Of a stretch of DNA of 44,404 nucleotides, positions 25,915-37,500 are shown piece by piece. The DNA comes from Trichoplax sp. H2 (lineage: Eukaryota). The translations under genes were made by a program, and so were the position numbers. Numbering within the stretch: position 1 is the first letter of the stretch; the number at the start of each line of letters is the position of its first letter. The stretch spans positions 744,001-788,404 of the forward strand of contig NOWV01000023.1 in the NCBI GenBank assembly GCA_003344405.1, written 5' to 3'. The notes beneath the pieces are model-generated. The model saw only the letters and a program-made list of their open reading frames with translations. It had not been told where the DNA came from and did not search any database.

Positions 25915-28211
25915 ATGGAATATGCATCACCTAATTTTTTTCCAACTCTGGAAATAGAAATACAACCACAGGTATCTTATCACGTTTCTGAGATCCGACT
26001 GCGAAAATACAGGGTTGTAGTTAGTTCTAAGTCAAAAATTTGCCGAGTTAAACAATGAACTTGATGATTTACTACATGTAAGCGTATTTCTTAAATTTGC
26101 AGAATTTGATTTTTTATAAGGAGAGTCACGGATTTCGATATGAATCGGAGCTTAATGCAGCTCATGGATCTTTGAAAGGCAACAGACCCCAAACAGCATG
26201 CTACCCAACTATAAAGGTGATAGTTACTTTCAGCATCTTGTAACCAATCATTTATAATAAACAGCTTTAGAAAATACGATAGTACTGTGTTATGCATATA
26301 GCATTTACTGCAAGGAGTAGGAGATAGAATAACAGATACAGAATTTGCGATAAAGAAAATATTATTGTGATACGTAGCAATCAATTATTTTTACCAATTC
26401 TCATTGATATATAAGTTATAAAACTGCCTATATAATGACTTTATTCACGCTGAATCTTATTATAAATTTAAATTGGATTAATTTACCATGGAATTTCTTT
26501 CTTTAAAGAAAAGTTGTCGTTAATAATCGCTTATAGATACGCCATTACTACGGTCCTGTAACAGTATATGTTCTACTACTGAATACTACTGTCACGAACA
26601 GAGGATACTATATGCCGCACTATCATAAACTGCTTACTAAGGAAACGAACTTGTTCACATTTAATCGACAAGGAGTTGTAATTCCGATCTCCACTAAACA
26701 ACCCGTTGATGTAATCATAGTTAACTTTAATACAAGAAATAGACAGAGCTACAGGTATTTTATTTCTTTTAGTAATTGACCACACACTGTCAGATACTAC
26801 TGGTAAATCTTAACACGTACCTTTGCGGTATCTTAATTAAATAAGTTTCAGAAACATAATGAAATTTAAGTCTAAATAATATAGTTTTCAAGAGCTGAAA
26901 ATTGTTCGATGCTTGCAATGCGAAGAAGAACTATCCTTAGAGCAAATTTAGGCAACCCTTTCCATGTTGGATGATTATATCCACAAAGATGGTCTAAATC
27001 GTATGCAAAGAGGTTCCGTTTTGAATTTTTTTGGCCAAGAATACCAAGGTCTGGCTGCTACTGTAATAAATTTTGTCATAATTAATGTAATAATATATTT
27101 AATTTACGAAATGATACTCATAGCATGCTTTCGGGATTAAAACTCTGCCAAATGCATCTACTCTTTTAAATAAAATGTAATTTCGCCTACGACATACATT
27201 ATTATTTACTAAATGTAGTAAATGGTAAAATTTCAAACGTCATTCAATCCCGTTAGATAGTATTTTTGCTTTGATTGATGGATACAAAATATCCCAGTCT
27301 ACTCTGATTTTATAAATAATTAAATACTGAAATTTTTCAGCTTTAAAATGTCTTAATGTACTGAAATCTAAAGTATTTCTCATTCATTTTAAAGGAACAA
27401 ATTCCATAAATGAAATTATTCCCAATGCAGTTCGATTATTGTTTCTAGCAGTACCTCAACTTGAAACAGTTTCTTCGCCTATACTACAAGTGGTTTCAAA
27501 GCCAGTCCTTGATTCAAGTAATACAGTAACCTGATATGAATATAAGTAATGTTCATTCAAATTGCGTATTAAATTTATTAAAGCCATTGATTATAAATAA
27601 CTTATGAACAAGGAATTAAAATTCCGCAGTTGACACAGGTGGCATATGATGTTGTTGGAGACAAGATACTTGTCAATATCTCGTTCGAGACTGACTTAGA
27701 TCGAAATCGACTACCTCTTTTAGCGGTATTTGAAGTTGATGGTTAGTAGATGAAATTGTTCTGTTGACTATGATCATTTTGTATTACTATTAGCAGGATT
27801 CTTGCGATTTTATAAATCAGGGTAGCAATAAGAACAAATGTGTAAATGTATTCGGTTATTATTATATCACGCATAATTTTTTAGATTGTTCGCTATTGTT
27901 GCAGCACACTATTAAATAGCAAGATTTATTTTTCATTAATGAGGTAATTATTGTACCTTAAATAATAAATTATTAGTAACAAGTTAAATGTCTCGATTGC
28001 AAAAGACATGTTTACTGCTGCACATGTAACAGTATTTTTCCGATTATTGACGCTCAAAATTGCTTCAATTTTTTGTTGCCTTTAGAGATATATTGTAATC
28101 GAAATGGATTCTTCCTCTTTTGGAGATAGTTATCATCAAATAGCAGTTGCATTATTTTTTAGAGTCGCTAATCGACTGAAACAAAGTAATCGGCTAACAT
28201 TTACCTTGTAA
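25915..28211 (+). pseudogene. Rel-homology domain gene, copy C, with two in-frame TAG codons. Exons 25915-25971, 26121-26216, 26537-26754, 26885-27048 (alt. donor after 27000), 27341 (or 27395)-27517, 27613-27741, 27885-27943, 28086-28211
   Basis: Translation includes PTLEIEIQPQ / ESHGFRYESELNAAHGSLKG..CYPTIK / IRHYYGPVTV...PHYHKL / SFQELKIVR / NAVRLLFLAV...VVSKPVLDS / RYIVIEM...SNRLTFTL*. Intron phases are the same as copies A and B. In-frame TAG at 26949-26951 and 27917-27919. RHD homology is strong; pseudogene status assumes the assembly bases are right. Confidence 0.75.
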
Positions 28212-31200
28212 TTTTAATCAGTTTGTCATGGTAAAGCTTAACTTAAAGCAATTTCAAAATTCTCATGCCTCGCTGACAAAAAGCTTATTTTAAATATCAG
28301 TAGTTAAAAGTAAATAATTCATTAACTGATACAGCGATATTATATGTTACTAAGAGTGTTATATTAATAAATGTGTCAGATAAAACAGGAGAAATTACAG
28401 TAAGGTTTACTTGGTATTTTAGGCAGCAAAGCGATGAAACTTAAGTATACATGTTTCTTTCCATGCGTTATTGATTCGGTAAAGATTAAAATTTTTATTT
28501 AATGGTGGTATTTTAACGATAAAATTAAACTAGATCAATTTTTTATCAAATCCTTGTCTTTAAACAAAGTATTCACTAAACAAAATTAATTGCAAAGCAC
28601 GTGAAGTAGAAAATGTGCAATAATTTTAAATTTACGCAACGCTCGTTAATTGGTCTATTAATTTTAACTTTTATCTTAGCCTCCTTTGCCTCTGATTTTA
28701 GCTAGTAAGTAATTACGGTTCATGAGAATAGTAACTTTATTTTCAGCTTTGATCATTATTAAAAAATAACACTTCATCATTTTGATAATCTTATTGCGAT
28801 CATCTTGCTGCTGTAAATTAATAACTTTCTCAATTGTAATGGAATCATGCTAGAAATCTCCTTATGGGATAGCTTTGATTAAATATTTTTATCAGAAAAG
28901 TTCTAAAATTATTTAGTTTTTTTTAAGATTTTGTTTGCAACCCGAATAACACAAAAACAAACGTATAGAATCTCTATCTTTTAGTTTAAAGCTAAAAGCT
29001 AAAGCACTTAAGCCTTAGAGAGATTTAAAAATCGAAGGAATTAGTAGTTCACCAAAAGCTTTATGATTTATGATGTTAGAGATTTATTTCTGTGCTTTTA
29101 TTATCGTATTGCTAGTTTAGAGCGAAGATCATGATATAAAACGTAATCCTAATCCTAATAATTTTATCGTATTTTAAAGTTCATGAAGGTCAATTTTTGA
29201 CAATTTCTTTACCGAATTACATGCGTGTCATCAGTAATCATGTAATTATAATAGCCAGAAAACTAGAGAACGTTTCTTATTATAGCAAGTAGAACATACA
29301 AATATTTTGATAGTCTCTTCTTGCAAAGAAATACCTTTACTTACAGCATTAAAAGCAGAGTGAAGTGTAGCTTAAAAATTTAATATCTCTTTTTAAGATT
29401 TAACAAAAATTGTTAGTAACTAAAGGAAGCATTATTTGCTTGCTATAGCTTATTTTCGACTTTTTATAATTGGTAAGGTAAGTACAGTAATAATCCTGCT
29501 TTTAACAACTTACTCTATATTTGCTAAGTTACTTATTTTTACTTAATATAATAATGGCCAAATAAAACTGGATAACCAGTAAAATAATTTAACAATTACT
29601 GAAATCTATTACTAATAATAAAAATGACTCATCGAGTAAGATAGTTTATCGTACATAATAGTAATCATCGGCTTACTTCTAGATAGGCGTATAGCACGTT
29701 TGCAACGTAGGAAAAAAATCTAGTAGCGAACAATATGGCCGGAATTAGAAGATTTCTTGAAATTACTTCCAAAAGCAAATACTTTAACATATAAGCTAAC
29801 TAATCTTTACGATATTTTAGAATTTTAGCAATTTTATAAACTAAAAGTTGGAATACAGTAAATAATCAGAATGCATTAATTAATAAGTGACCGCAAGATT
29901 TTACCATCGCTTCAATTTGGTATGCAGATGAAATTGTCGTTTGTTTATTTTGACGTGAATGGCTATTAGCATTTTATCCTAGCCTCGTGTTCGTTAAATA
30001 GCTCATCCTACTTAGCTGCAGATCTTAAATGGCGGTTAGTAACCTAACATTATATAGTCAATTAGGTAAAAATGCCTATAACTATTAATGCAAGACTTCT
30101 CTACTACATCTTACACCATAAACGTAAATGTAAGACGATTTTAGGACTTCGATACCGGTAGTACGATTTTGTACTGAAGATAAGCTAAATGAGTCAACCT
30201 GTCAGCCGAAAATGAATTACTAACATTATTATATAAGATTAATGAATACGATCGATAATAATAATCTATTGAAACAGCTAATTAATATCACTCACCTGAT
30301 CTTGCTCGGCAGGTGATTTAAATGCAGATTTGTGAAGTATTTAAAAATAATATTTAATCCTATAGGGATATTATGAATGGCACTGACCCAATTTATTGTG
30401 GTATTTCTGACAAGAAAAGGATCTTGTACAAATGGAAAATTTCAAGGCAATTTTTCTTTGTCAGAGAAAGGTAAAATAAGAAAGATTCATTTTATTTGAA
30501 CATTTTTATACCGATTACAGAAACTGTAAGAATTTACAAAATCCAATTTATGTACTAAAGATCTCTAAGAATTACTTTATTTGATTCTTCTACGATTACT
30601 GCTTTTGAACTCTAGACTTGTTTTGGAGATTTTCCTTCAAACAGTAGATTGCAAGAGGAAATGAAATCGAGACAAAGTAAGCTAATTTTAATATTGGAGT
30701 ATATCTACTAGTTTTTTAGCTATCGTTTATTAGTTGCAATGATAAAATAGGCAGACTTAGAAATGTCATAAACTATCTTCCAGTATTAATTTTGAGTGTA
30801 ATTAATGTTTTATCCTAAGTTTTCTTTGCATGATATACTTTAAAAGTAGTTAGATCAGATACTAAGATGATCAATAATTTGAAATTATGAATTTTAAGAC
30901 CAAACTTCTGTGAAGGTCTTGCTACATTAATAGACTTCGTTTATGATATTTATTTTGAATACTATTCGTTTGTATTCATGTATATTATTCTGTACTAGCT
31001 GCCCATCGATTTATCCATTCACATGCAGTTTATCATAGCCAGAGAGCTCTAAGTTAAATATGCATTCTCATTCATATTTTATATAAAATTTAAATTTAAG
31101 GCTACTAATGCTCTCACGTTCATGAAATGCATTCCAGAGTGTATCTATATTTACTTGGTATCATCAAGCATTGCTATCAAGCTGACCGATCATACCATAT

Positions 31201-34200
31201 CGGACGGATTTAGTATTATTTTTAATTTTTATTCTGACAATTTTTGTTTCCATTATTACATACAAAATTTGATGACTTCATCTCCAACCGTTTATCAAAT
31301 TGTTGCAGTTTCTGTCAAAAATTTATAGTATTAACTAATAAATTGTTACGGTATAGCCTTATTGTGGAGTAATTACCGATATTTGCCGGTATAGCCTATT
31401 TAGTTTATGAGATAGTTTATATTTTTGACTTCCTGCACCGTAATATATGAGTTTAACTAATTTGAAAATAGTTTTATATTAAGACCTGATACTTCTGCCA
31501 ATGGCACGTTGCAATCTGACTGTCTTATTAAAATCATCAGATACCTCTATCTACAAATGTTGCTGTATTAATTAGACATTCATACATAGATTTCTTACCT
31601 GATATATAGGCTTTAATGAAATTAATTGTAACTTTTAGCCAATGCATATAGCTGCTGTAGATAAATATGTTAGCCCAGCATTTTGTACAATAAGGTTAGT
31701 TTGTAAGTTTAGTGCTAGCGTGATGCTGAAGGTTTACAAATCTTTCATAAATTATAAAATTAAGGATGAAACATTCTCAAGTCTTTTCTGGATAGATTTT
31801 AGTGCTGTGATATGTGATTCATAGGCGAGATTTGAAGATTCTACTATTTAATAATCATATCACAGAGCTGGTTTATGCCAATAAGTACATTAATATTTTT
31901 GTGTTCACCCTTTGTTTTAGATAAATTTTATCTTAAGATCGTTTTCTATTAATACATTACTTTTATGATATTTGTACTTCGATAGGTAAATAATGCTATA
32001 TATGTTAAGTTATTAGTAAATCCAGAATTGTAAAACCAATTCATTTTCTGGTAATGGCGAGTAAATTAGTTAGATACCCGATCTATATGAGAGCTCAAAG
32101 TCTAGGTCATGTTCTGACCGTGGTTAATGTCATGTTGCATACGTTTAGTAATGTATTTTAAAGTATAAAGGAAATTTATGCAAATTTAAAAACAAAAATA
32201 TACGACATGTACTGCTGTTCAATTAGACTGTTAAGTTTTATGTATAGCTGCGGTAATATGTAAGATTGATTCTGATAATTCTGTTAAATCATTACGTGTG
32301 TAGCCAGCTAGACTACAAGCCCACCAGCAGTTAGAATTAAAAATTAGTGACTGTAACTGCTTTACAAAGGTAGCGTGATAGACTGTGGAGCAAGATTGAC
32401 TGCTTTATAGCTCTTTATTGCTGCAAATTTAGGTATTATCCTCCAATATTCTTTTCTTTAACCATCTCCTATCAGTATATCAATTTATATGATAGCTGGC
32501 CCCATAAATACTATTTCAGTGTAATACCAAAATCAAATTAACTAGTCATTCTGGATGTTTTATCGATCTAATCAACCTTCTCTTAGGTTACACTAGAGGT
32601 TAGCCATAATTCAAATGCTAATTGTCTTCTACACATTAGATTATAATGTAATGAAATCTAATTCTTACTTGCAAACCTATGGGTTCTACTGCTAATCATT
32701 TTTTTAGCTATATATAATTCTATCTTTGTGAAATCTAGGCATGGAAAGTAATCAATAAAACAGAACCAGAAAGAGCCTTCTGTTTGATTTGTGAGTCAAA
32801 ATTACGATCTAGATTAATATCATGCGAAAATCTTCCTGATTTCTATCAGGACAGTGCTTTCATTGCAATAAGTGTACCGCAGATGCTTTGTAATGAACAG
32901 TAACTTAATGGAATACCGAGACTATTAATTGCATATTTTACTTGGTATGGTTTAAATTGATATCGATTAGTTATGGTGATTATCAATCGAGAAAATCTAT
33001 GCTGTAAATTACTGCAAATCATGACACCGTTCTGGTATTGCCGCTATTTCTATAAATTACAATAGTCTCATTAAAAGAATAAATTGAAGGCAAAAGTGAC
33101 TAAATGACTTCTTCCATGTCTTTATCAAATTATTTTCAAAGATATTTCCAGAAATACCTTTATACCAATGTTATTAATGATAGGAATAATTTTAATGATT
33201 ATTATATAAAGATAAAATATTACTTTGTAGGCGAAGCAAGGCGAGCAGTGGAGTAATATAGAATTACAAAATCCAGTAATTGTTTATAGATATGTTTATG
33301 ACTAACTGGGGCAGTTGAGCTGGCACTTTCGTAAAAATAGAACTCATGTAAACTTTACCAGTGCTGAGATTGTTAATAAAAACGAATACATTTTATTTTT
33401 CAACAAAATGAACGTTTTTCGTTATACAGTATGCGAATTGCTAAGAATCTTATTAGAATAGATTTACAGCAAGGAAAGGGTAGGTATTGCCAAGGAAAAT
33501 TAGAGAATATGAAATTATCTGTTATACTTTCGTCTTGAGATTACTAATAATAGGAAAATTTGCCTTTAAAAACTTTTAGTCATTCTACTAGCTTTGCTGC
33601 ACTTTTGAAGAAAATTATCTTATAATAAAAATACACATCTCACACAGTAATGGGATGATTTCATACCCAGTTGTTTTCTTAAGCATATGGCGGCGGGACC
33701 ACGATCATAACTAAACCGACCGCTGTTACTGCTTAAGGTGTTATAGCGTATCAGGCAGAGCACTTTTCATACTCTTTTAACTGTCACGTAGCTTAGCTAA
33801 TTAATACAAATGTTACTGATCAGAATTTATTTATTAATTAAATTAAATTCTTTTCATTGCTGACGAACAGATTATTTTATGATAAATGCTTTTCTATCTA
33901 GACCATTTATTTGTTCAAAGTTTAAATTTGAAGATAATGTATGTAATAATGGTAGTACTAAGCCTAAAATAGGTAATCGTGTAGCAATTTTGTCTAGCGA
34001 TATTCTTATGTCACGGACTCTTGCACCCAGCAATACCTTCACTTATAAAATATGGTTGCAATATGTTTCTTGTTTGCTTAACTGTTAGATATACTAAAAC
34101 TTCATATAGAATAGTATAGATTGAGATTGAACATTTTACTTATTAATTCTCACGGTACATATTTGCTTGATTATACAGCAGCCAAACCTCGTTGAAGAAA

Positions 34201-34503
34201 TTTTCTGGAACAAAGTAGTATTGACATTTCATCGTCATCCTTATGAATTAACTGTGAATCAGACTATTTACTGTTGACGATGCTAATGACATTTAACTTA
34301 TCATACTCTTCTATATTGCTAAGGTCAATCTTAGCGCAGAAACTTATAAGCTGGTACTATAGTTGCATATTGTAGTTATTTGGGACAAAGAATTGAAAAT
34401 TAAAACCGGAGATAGGGATCATTACCATCGTTGAACAATTTTTAAGTTGCAATTCCATTTTCTATTATTGGCAACGATAGATGAACGATTAGATTATTTC
34501 AAT

Positions 34504-37500
34504 ATGTCTATTCCTTTATACGAAAAACGTAACGCAAACTCACTATCAATAAATGGCTTTCCATCGACCTATACAACCGATAGCCAAGATGACTGCTCGA
34601 CCGTAGCAGTTACTCCTATTGCCAGACGCAAAGTTATGAAACATGCAAGTGGCTCCTACAGTCCATCATATCATCATAATTTGTCTTTATCATTATACGA
34701 ATACGATGAGCTAAAATATTTCCGCCCTTTGATTCATGATCGTTGTCCACCATCTATAGAAAAAGGGAACATTATGAAATATGATTTAATCGGTGTAAGA
34801 ACATTTGATGCAGTTGCAAAAATTTTACCATAAAATAATTTGCTTTTCCATTACGTCCCTATCGACTATTTTTACATTTTTTAAGTTAAAATTAAAATAT
34901 CTATACCGATAACTAAAGTTCACCGATACTTAATTTAGCGATTTAATAGTTTTACTTAGTATTAAATTATTTCTTGCCTTAAAAATTGTTTTAAATTAGG
35001 ATGATGATAAAAGAAATTATTACTGACGTACAAAATTAATGAATCAGTGTCTACAGATTTATCGGTATCAGTTGTTCATTCTCGTTTAATGATATTATAG
35101 ATCAATAAAGCCTTTACTTATTCAATACATCACGATGTTATTAATGGCAATATCGACGGATGTAGAGAGAAAGTGCAGGCAAAATCTTCGTGTAAGTACC
35201 CATTACTCCAAGGCGATTACTATAAATAAGGGTATAATTTGATTGATATCATTTTCTCAAGTATACTACATTCTCTTAACTGTCTCTCTTTCAAATTAAA
35301 GTTTACTTCAGATATAACTATAGCTGATTTTAGCCTTCTGAAAAAACTGCTAGATCGATGATATTTTTGTTGCTCTGTACCAGTATTTTATGATTTTTAT
35401 CTTAGATCGTGATATTGCAAATATTTAGGTTACAACATGTATTGGAAAGGTTAAATACAGTAAACAGCATGAAATTTAATATTCTACTAGGTTAAATAGA
35501 TTAGCCGAATGACTAGAAATCTTCATTGGCAGCAGATTTAACATTTTAAATTCCTTATAACTGATGCTGTAGTTTGGATTAATGATTTATCAGCACTGTG
35601 CCTACAGTATTTCATGAAACCCTCAATCTCTACTAAAGTCGGAGCAAATCTGAACACTTAGAGCTTTATAATTACGTCACTTTCTTTCTTATCGTGATTA
35701 ATAACATATCTGAAAGTCTATATGTGAACTCGGCGTAGATCTTTCTTTATCAATGTCGAGATATGTTATATTCAGCTGATTCGGGTACACGCTTACTCCG
35801 ATATGTAGATATTTTTAAGGATCAGAGAGATTGAAAAATTATTTCTTAATTCCAGGTGTTAATTCTCAGGATACATTTGGTAAAACAGCACTTCACTATG
35901 CCATTGAAACCGAAGCTAGTAATATTGTTACTTATCTCCTCGAAAGTAACTGTAATTTAAATATTGGTGATAATAATGGAGTTACTGCTCTACATACAGC
36001 AGTTAAAGTAGGAAATTTATCCCTGGTTCAGGTATATATCATGTCGGTATTTGTATAGCGCTCGTAGCCAACAGCAATATAATACTGCATTGATTATATA
36101 TATACTTGATACACGTGTTGTCTTTTCTTCATAATCAATTTATTAATTTTACGTTTCTTCTCTATCACTATAATTAAGATTCTACTAGCGGAAGAAAGCA
36201 TCAATGTAAATTGCGTAGATAATCAAGGGATGGCGCCATTACATTTAGCTGCAGTCACGAATAAGGAATTAATTTGCAGCGAATTAGTAAGTAAAAATTG
36301 ATCAAGCTTTACATAGTCTGTGCTGCAAAAATTTAAATTTTTCAGCGAATTTAAGGAAAAAACTACTCCTAAAGAATATGTGTATTTTTGCAAACTTGAT
36401 CATTAAATATAACGATGATGTCAAAAGTCTGATATATCGTATGCCTTGAATTTGTTATTTCTTGACTAATAAATTTATCGATAAAGCCAACTGAGGTACT
36501 ATATGTTAAATTAATTGCTACGCAGAAAATCTTTCCACACTAGCGGCTTACATGCAGTAGGTTTGAATGAATATACTTTAATGAAATTACAAGTATTTGT
36601 TATCGAAAGCGATAAAATTATAGTGTTACTAACTTAATCAGTATTAGATTGTTAATCCTATAATTTGACGCTGCTATAACTTCTTTGCCTTTCAGATGCC
36701 AAGCAAAATGTTTAAAAACATAATAGCAATTCTAATATTTTTTAATCTAATTTTTAAATAGTTTCTGCGTTTGCTCTTTAAAAGATTTTATCTTGCTAAA
36801 AACCTGTATGATAGTGTATGGAATGCATAAAGATGTAGCTATGCAATTGTAAATATTGTTTAAGATATAGATAGCTGAATCAGATTATTATTCAAACTAG
36901 AAAAAAAATTTAGATTTAATGAATATTTTTAATTATGCTTGACTCCTAGCTGACGGCTAATGCAATCGTCTTCATCGAAGACGATGATCATATGACACCT
37001 GTTGCTTATGCCGCTAAGAATGGATATGGGGATTTATTGAGGATGTTTTTTAGTCATGGTTAGTACTGGTAGAAAATTAATTTATTACCGTGTGAAATTA
37101 CTTGAAGATTCGTTCAAATCTTTCACTTAGCTCTTCTTGGCCTGCAAATTATGTAAATTAAATTAATTTCTACTCGATAATATTATTCGATTTCTTAATC
37201 GATAAGGTTAATCGATTTAATTATATTTTCCATTGGGTATTATCGTTAATCATTATTATGTTATCTGAACTGCATTTCAAATGAAGTAATGTCTCAAATT
37301 CGGTATTGTTTTTTCATGGTAGTAGTAGCAAATAAAGTCTATTGTGCACATTAAGCTATAAAATTGCTGAATTTTATGATCATATTGATACAGTTTGACG
37401 AAGAAGAGGGCTGATAGAGCGATTCTAAGGGAAATTGTTCCATCGTCTCTGTAGATTAGATTACTCAGAATCTATTTATGTCGTCTAGTAATATTATAGT

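Noticed and set aside
30366..30680. Exon-like segments on the + strand (DIMNGTDPIYCGISDKKRILYKW...; TCFGDFPSNSRLQEEMKSRQ)
   Set aside because: Phases are incompatible and no homology is recognised; they may be relics or chance.
35000..35064. Extra small TRPA exon (DDDK/KKLLLTYKINESVSTDLS)
   Set aside because: It needs a frameshift and leaves an implausibly short intron; 34794 splices in frame directly to 35101.
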